Made by a program: the position numbers and the translations under genes. This document shows positions 62,451 to 64,000 of a stretch of 64,000 bases of DNA, piece after piece (position 1 is the stretch's first letter; each line of letters starts with the position of its first letter). Source of the stretch: Tubiluchus corallicola (taxonomy: Eukaryota; Animalia; Priapulida); the NCBI GenBank assembly GCA_030141605.1, contig JAQGDQ010000066.1, positions 620,001 to 684,000 on the forward strand, in the 5' to 3' direction. The notes below the pieces were generated by a model. It was not told the origin of the DNA. It worked only from the letters and a program-made list of their open reading frames with translations, and searched no databases.

Positions 62451-63986
62451 TAGAGTACTCGGAATTGTTTCTGCAGTTCTTATGTCATCCACGTAATTGT
62501 TTTTTTAAATAAACTGCTAACAAAAATTAAGTCTACATCTTTAACTTGATCAGTTATTATTTTAGATGTTTGTTTGCTTCTTCCTTGCCTTCATGGGAAG
62601 TGCACACTGTTAAAAGGAGTCAACTATATATGCACATGTGAGGCTAGATATATAGGAGAGAACTGTACGGAAGGTATTTATACACTTTTTACATATTAAT
62701 GTTCAGTACAGTCTGTTCCTAGTAAAATTTTTCCTGAGACGTAAAAATTTTTATTAAGGACATTGTACTCACTGTTACGGGGATGTTTAACTACAGTGGG
62801 TGCCGCTTAATAGACTCACGGTTAATTCAGGCTTTGCCAGAAAGTTTAATCAGTTAGATTTGTAGTTAGACTGAACAGTAAGTATGTCACAATTATAGCA
62901 AGCTGGAGCTTAGGCGAAACTACAGACGAAGCTACTTGGGGGGGGGGGGGGACATAGGCACCACCAACATTTTAAGCACTTACTCTGTAGTTTAGAGAAG
63001 TATGCTTTTTAATTCATTGCTAATTCACTTATATAAATTAATCTTCTAAAACATTTTTTTCTAATTTTTAACTGCACAAAGGAATTTAGGCATTACTTCT
63101 TTCCTAAAATTCATTAAAAGCCTTTGCAATGCATAGTTTGCTGGTGACTCATACTTTTATACCAGTAATACTACACTCATCGGTTAATAGGTTCAGTTGG
63201 TTACTTGGGTCAAAACACTGTGGCCCAAAGTGAGTCTATTAAGCAGAGCCTACTGTACCATGTTTGCATGTTTGACAGATTTGGTGTGAGGCTGCATTAA
63301 ACATACTTTTGGAGTAGATGTATGTGACGCTGAATGAGTGACCTTCAATCATTGCTTATCCCACATGTAGTTATATATACTGAAGCCTTTGCTTCTGAAT
63401 AAAATTAGTCACTGCTTAGTGGATAAAGTCAATTACTATTACTATTAACAGTTACACCTGTTCAAACTAGTGACTATGACGAGCAAGCAAAGCAAGAATG
63501 GTTATTTCTACTTTGAAACCAGACTGAATAAAAGTAATATAAAAAATTCATTTGTTAGACATATTCATTGTCATCAGAAAACTGTAGTTTATTTACAGGG
63601 ATTGCAGTATTTCATGGTATTGAAACAAGCCATCAAGTAAGATAGGTATAGTTGAAATATGAGTACTTAATGAGCAGTTGGCTTACAAATTTGAACTCAG
63701 CTGCATAGTATATCTAATGCAAGAAATATCCATAATGAAATAAATGGTGCATAAAGTGGATTGGGTGGCATGCCAGCAAATAAGTATAGCTATTGCCATA
63801 TTGCATTATAAAGGGTAAAATACACTTTTTGATGTAAAAACATAGAATAAATGTTTCAGGATATTGTTACCTGTGAAAAGTTCAATAAAATGCCTTAACT
63901 TTTTAAAGGCCCTTATGCATTTTGTTCGTGCACAGTGTGTGTTTGAAGTATGTTAATGCAGTCTAAGTGATTGTCATGTCCTCTAG

Positions 63987-64000
63987 GAACTATAGTGAAA
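63987..64000 (+). CDS. Probable start of the next Ig-gene exon ((G)TIVK), truncated by the window edge
   Basis: tgtcctctag acceptor, open in phase 1; only 14 nt visible. Confidence 0.35.

Overview
AT-rich, intron-rich animal genomic DNA, probably an invertebrate; it is not prokaryotic. Two genes lie head to head around a CpG-richer promoter segment at about 47.8-48.4 kb. (1) Minus strand: the 5' part of a spectraplakin gene (Shot/MACF1/dystonin/plectin family). Four small exons rebuild calponin-homology domain 1 (CH1) with consistent GT-AG sites and reading phases. Around them are several candidate alternative first exons (phase 1, upstream of CH1) and two in-frame micro-exons inside CH1, one resembling plectin exon 2-alpha. 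Candidate CH1-skipping first exons (phase 0) lie downstream of CH1: a 1130-codon exon, a single-pass transmembrane leader and a short basic leader. The rest of the gene (CH2 onward) would lie to the left of the window. (2) Plus strand: a signal-peptide, multi-Ig-domain gene with two exons per Ig domain, running off the right edge. Introns carry a deleted hAT transposon with TIRs and an 8-bp TSD, several MITEs, Helentron/HINE-like elements, L2- and RTE-like LINE remnants, and simple or tandem repeats. All exon calls come from manual reading of the sequence; there is no transcript evidence.
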